Shown here piece after piece: positions 9,484-17,733 of a stretch of 64,000 nucleotides of DNA. The notes under the pieces are model-generated. The model did not search any database. It saw nothing but the letters and a program-made list of their open reading frames with translations, and was not told where the DNA came from. This DNA is from an uncultured Acidobacteriota bacterium (lineage in GTDB: Bacteria > Acidobacteriota > Thermoanaerobaculia > Gp7-AA8). Location of the stretch: the NCBI GenBank assembly GCA_963741955.1, contig CAVUKB010000001.1, forward strand, positions 416,001 to 480,000, written 5' to 3'. The translations under genes and the position numbers were made by a program. Every line of letters begins with the position of its first letter. Position 1 is the stretch's first letter.

Positions 9484-11493
9484 TTACTCCATCTTGAACC
9501 GGATCGGAATGGGCAGCCAGGTCCTCACTTTCTTCCCATCCTTGACGCCGGGAGAGAAACGCGTGCTCCTTACCGCACGGATCGCTGCCTGGTCGAAGCC
9601 GAGCCCCTGCTTGTCCCCGCGGAGGATCATCACGTCCTGGACGTGTCCCGTCTCGGTGATGAGACACGAGAGGATCACCACTCCTTCGATCTTCTGGCGG
9701 GCGGCGAGCGGCGGATAAACAGGACGGATCTCGCTGAGCGCCTGTGGCGTCGTGTCGAGCTCCGTTACGCCGACGAGATCTCCTTCTTTGACTGCGGGCT
9801 GGGGTGGCATCTGCGGCCGGGCGAGAGGAGGCGCGGCCGAGTCTGTCGTCGCGGTCGGCGGCGCTGTGCCGGTCGCGACACTCTCGGTGAGAGGAGGCTG
9901 AGTCGAGCTTCGCGCTTCGAGATTGCTCCGGTCGAGCTCCGCGGCTGATGGAACGGCAGCTTCGCGCTGAGAGGGTGTTTCCGCGCGGGTGTCGGTTGCC
10001 ACCTGGTTGGGAGTCGGAGTGGGAGAGGCCGGCGGCTGGCGTTTCTTCAGCTCTTCGTCGTACTGAGCCTGCAGCTTGAGCACCTCCTGGTTGATGCGGC
10101 GGTTCACCTCTTCTTCGATCGCTTTCTTCTTTGCCGCTTCGACCGCGGCCTCGTCCGGAGCGGAGCTGCTCGTCGGGGGGGCCGTCGATGTCGATGCGGT
10201 CGTCGCGGGAGTGGTGGTGACCACGACCGGTGAGGGGAGGAGGGGCTTCTGGACGGCAGCAGCCTGGAGTGGTTTCGGTTCGAGCGGCGGAGGAGCCTGC
10301 GGCCGGTTGAAGACGGTGAACCAGAGTGTTCCCGCGATCCCGCCGAGGACGAGCACTGCGGCGGCGACGAAGAGGAGGGGACTTTTCTTTCGTGCCGGTT
10401 CGGAGGGTTCAACGGTCGCGAGACTCTCCGGTTCCCCTGGCGCGTCCGCGCTGCTGTGATCGGCACCGTGATCGGCCGCGGAGCTGGCAGCTGCTGCGGC
10501 CGCCGCGGCGATCTCCTCGACATACGGGTGGACATCGACACTCTCTTCCCGCACCCGGTCGGCGGATTCGCTCTCCATCTCCTTTTTCAGAAGGGTGTGG
10601 ACGTAGAACGCGAGGTTGAATGTCGTCGGCGCGTAGTTGCCGCTCTGAATGAGCTTTCCGATCTCGCCTCGGAACGCCGACGGATCCGGGAAGCGATCCT
10701 GCGGCTTCTGCGCGAGCGCCTTCTGGATCATCGTCCGCACCTCGAGTGGCAACAGCGTCGTCTCGCCCATCATGGTCGCATTCGCGATCGTCTTTTCCGC
10801 GACTGCGGCGGGGAGAGGAGCGGGTGGATCTTCGCCGGTGAGGACGAAGTGAAGGAGGGCGCCGAGCGCGTAAACATCCGTCTCCTTCGACGGCTCTCCC
10901 GTCTCGCGTAATTCCGGAGCGAACCAGACACCGATCTCGCGATCGACCTCGGGAACCCGGAGCGAAGTGACCAGTGCGCGACCGAGCTGCTGGCCGGCGG
11001 TGCGCACTTCTCCCTCTTCCGTAATCCAGATGAAGTCGGGAATCAGAGCTCCGTGCACGAGACGGACGCCACGAACCTTGATGTTGCCGACCAGCTCCGC
11101 CGAAGCTGCGGCTTTCTCGACGATCGAAAGTGCCTGGTCAATGGGGATCGGGATCTTCGTTGCGCCGCTCCGCGCCTTCTCCACGATGGTGCGGAGGGAG
11201 CGTCCCCCCGAGTACTCGTGGGCGACGAACGGAATCCCTCCTCCGACGTCGATCACCTGATCGCGGACGATGGTCGTGCCGGTGAGGGCCGGAATGATCT
11301 CACGTGCCGCGGTCGCGGCGCGGATGAACGCCGCCCGATTTCCTCCGGTGAGGCGCCGGAGTGCGATCACCCCACCGAGTGCGTCTCCCTGGAGCTTGCC
11401 GGCGCGCCAGAGCTCTCCCAGGCAATCGGTGTGGAGCTGTTTGAACAGTAGGTAGGAGCCGAAGCGCTCGTAGGGTCTTGCTTTGCCGGGCAT
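9484..11493 (-). CDS. Ser/Thr pseudokinase - transmembrane - Pro-rich linker - TonB C-terminal domain fusion
   Basis: Kinase scaffold retained (FAPE, DVYALG, RFP) but catalytic motifs degenerate; TM LLFVAAAVLVLGGIAGTLWFTVF; C-terminal PVYPPLAARQKIEGVVILSCLITETGHV...FDQAAIRAV TonB_C. Confidence 0.82.
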   Translation of the reverse strand: MPGKARPYERFGSYLLFKQLHTDCLGELWRAGKLQGDALGGVIALRRLTGGNRAAFIRAATAAREIIPALTGTTIVRDQVIDVGGGIPFVAHEYSGGRSLRTIVEKARSGATKIPIPIDQALSIVEKAAASAELVGNIKVRGVRLVHGALIPDFIWITEEGEVRTAGQQLGRALVTSLRVPEVDREIGVWFAPELRETGEPSKETDVYALGALLHFVLTGEDPPAPLPAAVAEKTIANATMMGETTLLPLEVRTMIQKALAQKPQDRFPDPSAFRGEIGKLIQSGNYAPTTFNLAFYVHTLLKKEMESESADRVREESVDVHPYVEEIAAAAAAAASSAADHGADHSSADAPGEPESLATVEPSEPARKKSPLLFVAAAVLVLGGIAGTLWFTVFNRPQAPPPLEPKPLQAAAVQKPLLPSPVVVTTTPATTASTSTAPPTSSSAPDEAAVEAAKKKAIEEEVNRRINQEVLKLQAQYDEELKKRQPPASPTPTPNQVATDTRAETPSQREAAVPSAAELDRSNLEARSSTQPPLTESVATGTAPPTATTDSAAPPLARPQMPPQPAVKEGDLVGVTELDTTPQALSEIRPVYPPLAARQKIEGVVILSCLITETGHVQDVMILRGDKQGLGFDQAAIRAVRSTRFSPGVKDGKKVRTWLPIPIRFKME

Positions 11494-11589
11494 GTGGTCC
11501 TCTCGAGATCACCCGCCTGGGGTTTTCGACGGGGCTCGTTCGTCTGTATGGAATTCCAAAATCAAGCTAGCATCGAGGCACCGACGGAG

Positions 11590-12660
11590 TCAACGATTCG
11601 CGGCGGAACGGCGGTCGCGCCAGAATTTCTTCTGGTGTACGGCGACATTCCGGTTGTGCTCTGCCAGCGTGGTGGCGAAGACGTGGGTGCCATCGTTTCG
11701 CGAGACGAAATAGAGGTACGGCGTGTCGGCCGGGTGCGCGGCTGCCTGCAGAGAAGCCATCCCGGGATTGGCGATCGGACCCGGTGGAAAGCCGTGATAG
11801 CGGTAAGTGTTGTAGGGCGAATCGATCTTCAGGTCGACTCTCCGGATGTCGCCGTTCCACTCCCCGGCGCGTTTGAGCGCATAGATCACCGTCGGGTCGG
11901 CCTGCAGGAGCATGTGTCGCTTCATGCGATTGAGGTAGACCGCTGCGATCAGCGGTCGCTCGGCCGGAATTCGCGCTTCGGTCTCCACGATCGAGGCGAG
12001 GACCACCGTATTGTGAACGTCCATGTCGTTCGAGATGAACGCCAGCTCCGGACCGAAGTGCTTGTGGAAATTCGAGACCATCTCCTGCACGATCGTCTTC
12101 ACCGCGGTCCCCGGTGCGAGCTTGTACGTATCGGGAAAGAGATAACCTTCCAGAGATGTGGCCTGCGGATCGAGGTCCGCGATCAGCTCCGTATCGCCGA
12201 GCTCTTTCTTCCACTCGCTCCGGGTCCCGAAGCCCTCGTGAATCATCAGATCCGTGATCGCGAAGCGGTCCCACCCCTCGGGGATGGTCACGCTCTTGAG
12301 AACCACGTCTCCACGGATCATCTTCGCAATCACTTCCACTGGAGATGATTCTCCGTCGAAACGGTAGACGCCGGCCTTGAGAGACTCTCCGCGGTGGAGG
12401 ATCTTCAGGTAGATCAGGGGGACGAAATCGTCCCGGAGAACACCGGCCTGCTCCAGGGTCCGGAGAATGGTGGCGGTGTTCCAGCCGTGCCGGACTTCGA
12501 CCTGGATGCGATCTCCGGAATACCCTTTGTAGGGAGTGGCCACCGCCCGCCAGATGAAGATTCCTCCCGCCACGGCGAAGAGGAATGCCGCCACGATCAG
12601 AATCAGGATCGACTGGACGTACTTCCGGCAGCCACGTCTGCTGGAACGGCGGGCAGCTAT
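11590..12660 (-). CDS. mltG: Endolytic transglycosylase MltG (YceG)
   Basis: TIPEG, LEGYLFPDTY, LASIVETE, LQADPT, SPYNTY, PPGPIANPG, YLYFV; start uncertain (GTG 12594 or ATA 12660). Confidence 0.92.
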   Translation of the reverse strand: MAARRSSRRGCRKYVQSILILIVAAFLFAVAGGIFIWRAVATPYKGYSGDRIQVEVRHGWNTATILRTLEQAGVLRDDFVPLIYLKILHRGESLKAGVYRFDGESSPVEVIAKMIRGDVVLKSVTIPEGWDRFAITDLMIHEGFGTRSEWKKELGDTELIADLDPQATSLEGYLFPDTYKLAPGTAVKTIVQEMVSNFHKHFGPELAFISNDMDVHNTVVLASIVETEARIPAERPLIAAVYLNRMKRHMLLQADPTVIYALKRAGEWNGDIRRVDLKIDSPYNTYRYHGFPPGPIANPGMASLQAAAHPADTPYLYFVSRNDGTHVFATTLAEHNRNVAVHQKKFWRDRRSAANR

Positions 12661-13073
12661 GACGCCCTCCCGTTCTGGTCCAGGTAAGCCTGGAGGATCA
12701 CCGCTGCTGCCTCCATGTCGATGCTCATCTTCCTGCGATTGCGCCGTTCTCCGCGTTCCCTCCGGCGCGAGTCCGCCTCGGTCGTCGAATAGGCCTCGTC
12801 CCAGAGAACCACATCCACCCCGGTTTTCTGCCGGATCGCTTCGGCCAGGGCGGCGAACTTTTCTTCGAGCGCCTGGTCCTTCCGCTCTCGTCTCGGGATG
12901 CCCAGCACGATCCGTTCCGCGTCGAGCTCTTCGGCGAGCCGCCGGATCTCTTCGAGCACTCCTTCGAGATCACCGCGATTGTCGATGACCGAATGAGGAG
13001 TGGCCAGAAAGCCGGAAGCACTCACGGCGACGCCGATGCGCCGTGCGCCGAAGTCGATGCCGAGCAGAGACAT
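12657..13073 (-). CDS. ruvX: YqgF/RuvX nuclease (pre-16S rRNA nuclease / putative Holliday junction resolvase)
   Basis: LLGIDFGARRIGVAVS, WDEAYST, IDMEAAAVILQAYL. Confidence 0.93.
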   Translation of the reverse strand: MSLLGIDFGARRIGVAVSASGFLATPHSVIDNRGDLEGVLEEIRRLAEELDAERIVLGIPRRERKDQALEEKFAALAEAIRQKTGVDVVLWDEAYSTTEADSRRRERGERRNRRKMSIDMEAAAVILQAYLDQNGRAS

Positions 13074-13213
13074 TTCCGCGGTATTCTACCGGCGTCGGAA
13101 CGAAAGGACTCAACTCGCGATCCGGGCCGGGATCAAACTGAGGATCCGTCTGCCGTTCGCGGCGGAGCGGCGGTTGAGTTTAGAATGGGCGACATCGACC
13201 GAGGGGACGATTC

Positions 13214-14371
13214 ATGAAGAACTTCAATCTCGACGCAATCCTCGAGGGAATGCTGAAGGTATCCGAACGCGTCTCGGACCTGAATTTTTCCGTCGGCCGG
13301 CCGCCTCAGGTGGAGGTCGATGGCCAACTCGTGCCGGTCAACTTTCCCGGACTAGCGAGGCTCACCCCTTTCCAGACCGAGATGATCGCGCTTCACATGC
13401 TCCGGAGCGACCGGGACCTGACACGGACGCTCCAGGAGAATGGATCGGTCGACCTCTCGTATTCGATCCCCCAGAAGACGCGCTTCCGGGTGAACATCTT
13501 TTCCCAGCGCGGAACCTACGCCATCGTGCTTCGCGTGATTCCGGAAGGCATCCCCACTCTCGAGGATCTCGGGCTTCCGAAAGAGCTCGCGAATGTTTCC
13601 CACATCAAGAACGGGATCGTCCTGGTCACCGGGCCGACCGGATCGGGGAAGTCGACCACTCTCGCTGCGATCATCAACCAGATCAATCACGAGTTCGCGT
13701 ACCACATCGTGACGATCGAGGATCCGATCGAATACATGCACAAGCATGTGAAGTCGACCGTCAACCAACGCGAAGTCGGCGGAGACACCAAATCGTTCGC
13801 CCTCGCCCTTCGCGCCGCGCTCCGGCAGGCACCGAAGGTGATCCTGATCGGTGAGATGCGTGACGTGGAGACGATCGAGATCGCGATGGAAGCCGCGGAA
13901 ACGGGACACCTGGTGCTCTCGACCCTCCACACCATCGACGCGGCGAAGACCATCGATCGGATCGTCGGAGTCTTCCCGAAAGAACAGGAGCAGCAGATCC
14001 GGACCCGGTTCTCGCAGTCGTTCCGCTACGTCGCTTCGCAGCGGCTGGTCCCGAAGATCGGTGGAGGCCGGGTCGCGGTACTCGAGATCCTCAAGTCGAA
14101 CATGCGCACGCGCGAGTACATCCTGAAGGGGGAGTCCGAAGGACGCTCCCTCACCGAAGCGATGCACGACGGCCAGGTGGACGGGATGCAGACGTTCGAC
14201 GACGAGCTCGAGCGTCTCTACAATGCGCGGGTGATCAGCCACGAAACGGCCATGGTCTACGCCACGAATCCGACGAATCTCGGGTTGCGGATCACGGACG
14301 AGCCCGAGTCCCCCGAGCAGGGTTCCGGCCCCGATGCGGGTCGCGACTCAATGATGTCAATGCTGGAGTAG
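13214..14371 (+). CDS. pilT: Type IV pilus retraction ATPase PilT/PilU family
   Basis: GPTGSGKSTT Walker A, TIEDPIEY, QREVG, AALRQAP, IGEMRD, TGHLVLSTLHT, GMQT. Confidence 0.92.
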   Translation: MKNFNLDAILEGMLKVSERVSDLNFSVGRPPQVEVDGQLVPVNFPGLARLTPFQTEMIALHMLRSDRDLTRTLQENGSVDLSYSIPQKTRFRVNIFSQRGTYAIVLRVIPEGIPTLEDLGLPKELANVSHIKNGIVLVTGPTGSGKSTTLAAIINQINHEFAYHIVTIEDPIEYMHKHVKSTVNQREVGGDTKSFALALRAALRQAPKVILIGEMRDVETIEIAMEAAETGHLVLSTLHTIDAAKTIDRIVGVFPKEQEQQIRTRFSQSFRYVASQRLVPKIGGGRVAVLEILKSNMRTREYILKGESEGRSLTEAMHDGQVDGMQTFDDELERLYNARVISHETAMVYATNPTNLGLRITDEPESPEQGSGPDAGRDSMMSMLE

Positions 14372-14374
14372 GTG

Positions 14375-14965
14375 ATGATCCGACTGGTTTGTACTTCGTG
14401 CAAGAAACCTCTGACCATCGACGAAACGAAGCTTCCGATGAAGGAAGTCGCATTTCCCTGCCCGGCATGCAAGACGAGGCTGACCATAGACCGTCGCGCG
14501 ATGACCGCGGAGAGTGTCGATGCTTCCGCCGGTGCGGCGGCTGCGGCCGTCGGGGTGCCGGAGCACGACGGATTCGGACAGAAAGCTCTGGTGGTCGGCC
14601 GCGACATCCCTCAGGTCACGGAAGCTGCCCGGGCCATCGGATTGGTTCCGACCCACCAGGAGGCTCCCGACTCCGCCCGCGAGTACTATCTGCGCGAGTA
14701 TCCTGCGGTGGTGTTTCTCGTCCCGAATCAGGTCACCCCGCCACCGCTCGCCGAAATGGCTCCCGTCCTCTCCGTCAGTCCTCAGGACCGGCGACGCAGC
14801 TTTTTCATTCTGGTCTCGGACAATTTGAGGACCCTCGACGGGAACGCTGCGTTTCTCTACGGGGTCAACCTGATCGTGGCGCCGAAGGATCTCGCGTCGT
14901 TCGCGCAGATCTATCACGACGCGGAGACGTTCCACCGTCGTCTGTACCAGCACATGGCGGTGTGA
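14375..14965 (+). CDS. Zinc-ribbon (MJ0042-like) domain protein with receiver-like C-terminal domain
   Basis: CTSC...CPAC at N-terminus; starts 3 nt after the pilT stop. Confidence 0.72.
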   Translation: MIRLVCTSCKKPLTIDETKLPMKEVAFPCPACKTRLTIDRRAMTAESVDASAGAAAAAVGVPEHDGFGQKALVVGRDIPQVTEAARAIGLVPTHQEAPDSAREYYLREYPAVVFLVPNQVTPPPLAEMAPVLSVSPQDRRRSFFILVSDNLRTLDGNAAFLYGVNLIVAPKDLASFAQIYHDAETFHRRLYQHMAV

Positions 14966-14984
14966 GTTCGAGACGGAGAACGAC

Positions 14985-15637
14985 TCAGTCGTCTCCGTCC
15001 GTCGCGGCGCGCTCGGCCATCGGGCGCCGGCCCGCAGAGAGCTTTGCCATGCTGAGCTGCAAAGGATCGGCAAGCTGCTGTCTCGCCGGATCGTACGGCT
15101 CGTAGCACGCACGGCAACGCGCCTCGTAGGACGTGTCGCCCACTTCCACCTGCGAGTCCCCCCTGCGATCCGCTGCGAATAATGCGCGGATCCGCCGCAA
15201 CGTACGCAGACCGCATGCATCTTCGACACGATCTCGGCAACCGAAAGGAGAGCAGGCATCGGACCGAATGGACGACGAAGGTAGTCCTGGTCGAGTCCCG
15301 CTGCGATCACCCGGATCCCTGCGTCCGCCAGCTGCATGCAGACTTCGACGATTCCCGCGTCGAAGAACTGGATCTCGTCGATTCCGACGACCTGGACTCC
15401 GATCTCGACGTTCGACAGCAGTTGTTCCGACGTCGGTACCGGGAGAGCCTTGAGCCTCCGGTCGTCACGCGAGACCACTTCCTCGAGACTGAAACGGTCG
15501 TCGATCAGCGGTTTGAAAACCTGGACGCGCTGGCGTGCGATCACGGCACGTCGCAGACGTCGTATCAGCTCCTCCGATTTTCCGGAGAACATACCTCCGG
15601 CAATGATCTCGATCCAGCGATCTCTGTACGAATCCAA
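14985..15637 (-). pseudogene. tdk: Thymidine kinase, split by a frameshift in a G6 run (possible sequencing error)
   Basis: TTG start after GGAGGAG; GGMFSGKSEEL, IDEIQF, AGLDQD, CVRC in one frame; VEVGDTSYEARCRAC in another frame after the homopolymer at 15158-15163. Confidence 0.88.
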
Positions 15638-15679
15638 TGGGATCTCCTCCGAGCTTGTTCGCCACAGAATAACAGAGGC

Positions 15680-15764
15680 ATCGAGGATCGAGGATCGAGG
15701 ATCTGAAAAGCATCGCGGATCGAGGATCGAGGATCGTGGATCTGAAAAGCTTCGGGGATCGGGA
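15680..15764. repeat. Heptamer tandem repeat (ATCGAGG)n in blocks separated by ATCTGAAAAGC
   Basis: ATCGAGG x3, ATCTGAAAAGC, four heptamers (two variant), ATCTGAAAAGC, two degenerate copies. Confidence 0.9.
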
Positions 15765-15767
15765 GGC

Positions 15768-16045
15768 AGCCCCGTAGGGGCGATTGACAATAGCCCAGGA
15801 CGCAGTCCTGGGATTCTTGACGCGGAAGACCACCCTTCGGAGACAGCCCCGTAGGGGCGATTGACAATAGCCCAGGACGCAGTCCTGGGGCCGAGGTTCC
15901 TGCGCGGAAGACCACGCTCGGGCAGCCCCGTAGGGGCGATTGACAATAGCCCAGGACGCAGTCCTGGGATTCTTGACGCGGAAGACCGCCCTTCGGAGGC
16001 AGCCCCGTAGGGGCGATTGACAATAGCCCGGGACGCAGTCCCGGG
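15768..16045. repeat. Array of four 45-bp palindromic (REP/PATE-like) repeats with alternating related linkers
   Basis: AGCCCCGTAGGGGCGATTGACAATAGCCCAGGACGCAGTCCTGGG at 15768, 15845, 15924 and 16001 (periods 77/79/77). Confidence 0.92.
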
Positions 16046-16064
16046 GTCGAGGTTCCTTGCCGTC

Positions 16065-16096
16065 AAAAAAAGAGCCCCCGCGGGGCGGGGGCTCTC
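16065..16096 (-). terminator. Rho-independent terminator of the OmpA-family gene
   Basis: Minus strand GAGAGCCCCCG-loop-CGGGGGCTCT followed by a T run. Confidence 0.85.
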
Positions 16097-16117
16097 AGAA
16101 GGATCGATGCGTGAAGC

Positions 16118-17545
16118 TCAGGGGATCACGAGTTTGATCACCACTCGCCGATTCTTCAGACGACCTTCGGCGGTCGAATTGTCGCCGACGGGTTCCGAAG
16201 TCCCTCGTGCTTCGATCGTGATCCGGGACGGATCGATTCCGTGACGGCTGACCAGGTAGTCACGCACGGCTTCGGCCCGGCGCCGGTCGAGATCGTTGTT
16301 CGGTCCGGTTTTTTCCTGCGTATCGGTGTAGCCGATCACCAGGGCAGTTGCATCCGGCTGCTGCTTCATCCGGAGTGCGACGTCGTCGAGGATCGCCTTG
16401 GCGATATTGGTCAGTCGCGCCGAGCCGGGCTCGAAATGAAGCTCCTCGGTCCGGATCTCCTGCGGCTGCGGGGGTGGTGCGGCAACCGGCGGTGGCGGTG
16501 GTGGAACCGGAGCCGCCTCGGGCGGTGCCGGCGGCGGAGGCACCGGTACGGGCGCAGGCGGTGGCGGAGCTACGGCCGCGAGATGAATCGGCGCGTAGTG
16601 GATGCCGAGAAGTCCACCGTACGGGCAGGAGTTGTTGTTGCTCGCGAGCATGGTGGTATTCGCACGGACTGCCGCGCTCAATCCCCACCCGCTCGTTCCG
16701 AACCAGTGACGAAGGCCGGTCAGGACGTAGACGATGTCGTCCGGCTGACGGTCGCCACCGTCGAACAGAATGGCGTTGACTTCACTGATCCAGTTCGTGG
16801 TGGCCCACCAGCCGAGGGGGACGTTGACCCCGCCGTTCAGCCGCCACTCGTTGGGAAGTGAGACGTCGGACGTATCGAAGCCCGCCGGCATGTCGCTCGC
16901 CGAGCGATCACCGATGATGGCGTACTGGCCACCCAGGCTCCAGATGCCGCTGTTCCAATGCAGCCCGACGCCGTAGTTCGTGTTCCCGTTCGTGATTCCC
17001 TCACCGGCATCACCCGTCTCGGGATCGACGAACATGGAGAGGGCGACCCGCGAACTGTGAGTCGCCGGATCGAGCAGCTGCACCTTCGTCGCGAGGTGGA
17101 GATTCCCCATCCCGTTCACGTCGAACTTGCCGATCTGCGGATATCCGTTGAGGTATCCCGCTTGATCGCCCGCGTTGTTCTTGATCATCTTGTACGGGAG
17201 CGCGGCAGTGACTTCCCACCGGTCCGTCAGACCGTACCCGACCGTAGCCGTGATCCGGTTCTCGTCCACGTCCATGTCGCGGTAGCTGCGCCGGCTCGGA
17301 GGGGCGAGCTCGGGAGCGGGGGCGAGCAGATAATCGAAGTTGTCGTAGTAAATTGAAAAAGACCAGTCGGCACGCTGAAGCGTATCGCCAGTGATTCCGA
17401 CGAAGAGTCCAGTCTCACCCGTGTCCGTCGGCGCGAGCAGGTGAAGCTGATCCTCGTAAGTAATAGTCTGGGCGAACGCCCCCGGCACCAACAGCAAGAA
17501 GCACAAAAGGGGCAGTATCAGACGCTTTGTGGAACGCAAAATCAC
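16118..17545 (-). CDS. OmpA-family outer membrane protein (N-terminal putative beta-barrel, Pro-rich linker, OmpA C-terminal domain)
   Basis: Signal peptide; LHFEPGSARL, IGYTD, RRRAEAVRDYL, NRRV motifs; AGGAGG RBS. Confidence 0.9.
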   Translation of the reverse strand: MILRSTKRLILPLLCFLLLVPGAFAQTITYEDQLHLLAPTDTGETGLFVGITGDTLQRADWSFSIYYDNFDYLLAPAPELAPPSRRSYRDMDVDENRITATVGYGLTDRWEVTAALPYKMIKNNAGDQAGYLNGYPQIGKFDVNGMGNLHLATKVQLLDPATHSSRVALSMFVDPETGDAGEGITNGNTNYGVGLHWNSGIWSLGGQYAIIGDRSASDMPAGFDTSDVSLPNEWRLNGGVNVPLGWWATTNWISEVNAILFDGGDRQPDDIVYVLTGLRHWFGTSGWGLSAAVRANTTMLASNNNSCPYGGLLGIHYAPIHLAAVAPPPPAPVPVPPPPAPPEAAPVPPPPPPVAAPPPQPQEIRTEELHFEPGSARLTNIAKAILDDVALRMKQQPDATALVIGYTDTQEKTGPNNDLDRRRAEAVRDYLVSRHGIDPSRITIEARGTSEPVGDNSTAEGRLKNRRVVIKLVIP

Positions 17546-17592
17546 ACCTCCTACAAGTCACACTTCGCGGCGTCAATCGCTTGCACCCGGGT

Positions 17593-17608
17593 TACAATCT
17601 CCGTGCCA
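17593..17608 (-). promoter_or_regulatory. Sigma54-type -24/-12 promoter of the OmpA-family gene
   Basis: Minus strand TGGCAC-GGAGA-TTGTA versus consensus TGGCAC-N5-TTGC. Confidence 0.6.
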
Positions 17609-17733
17609 GCAAATCCCGTTGTGGAGCCGAGCTAAGAAATGACCTCTCAAAAGCTTACCATAGCTCTGGCATGGGAAGCGAAAGGACCTGACCCCATCGG
17701 GTCAGGGCTTGAGTTGGCCTGAAAAGGAGGGAA

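Noticed and set aside
15784-16023. TTGACA in each repeat as sigma70 -35 boxes
   Set aside because: No -10-like hexamer 16-18 nt downstream (CCTGGG) and no plus-strand gene to drive
15768-16045. CRISPR array
   Set aside because: Spacers are near-duplicates of one another, the repeat has two internal hairpins, and no cas genes are in the window
14357-16066. 569-aa ORF as a repeat-containing thymidine kinase fusion
   Set aside because: The N-terminus is translated DNA repeat; the true start is TTG 15637 with an RBS; the C-terminal extension results from the frameshift
17667-17682. Sigma54 promoter for the 17734 gene (TGGCAT-GGGAA-GCGA)
   Set aside because: The -12 element does not match TTG[C/T/A]
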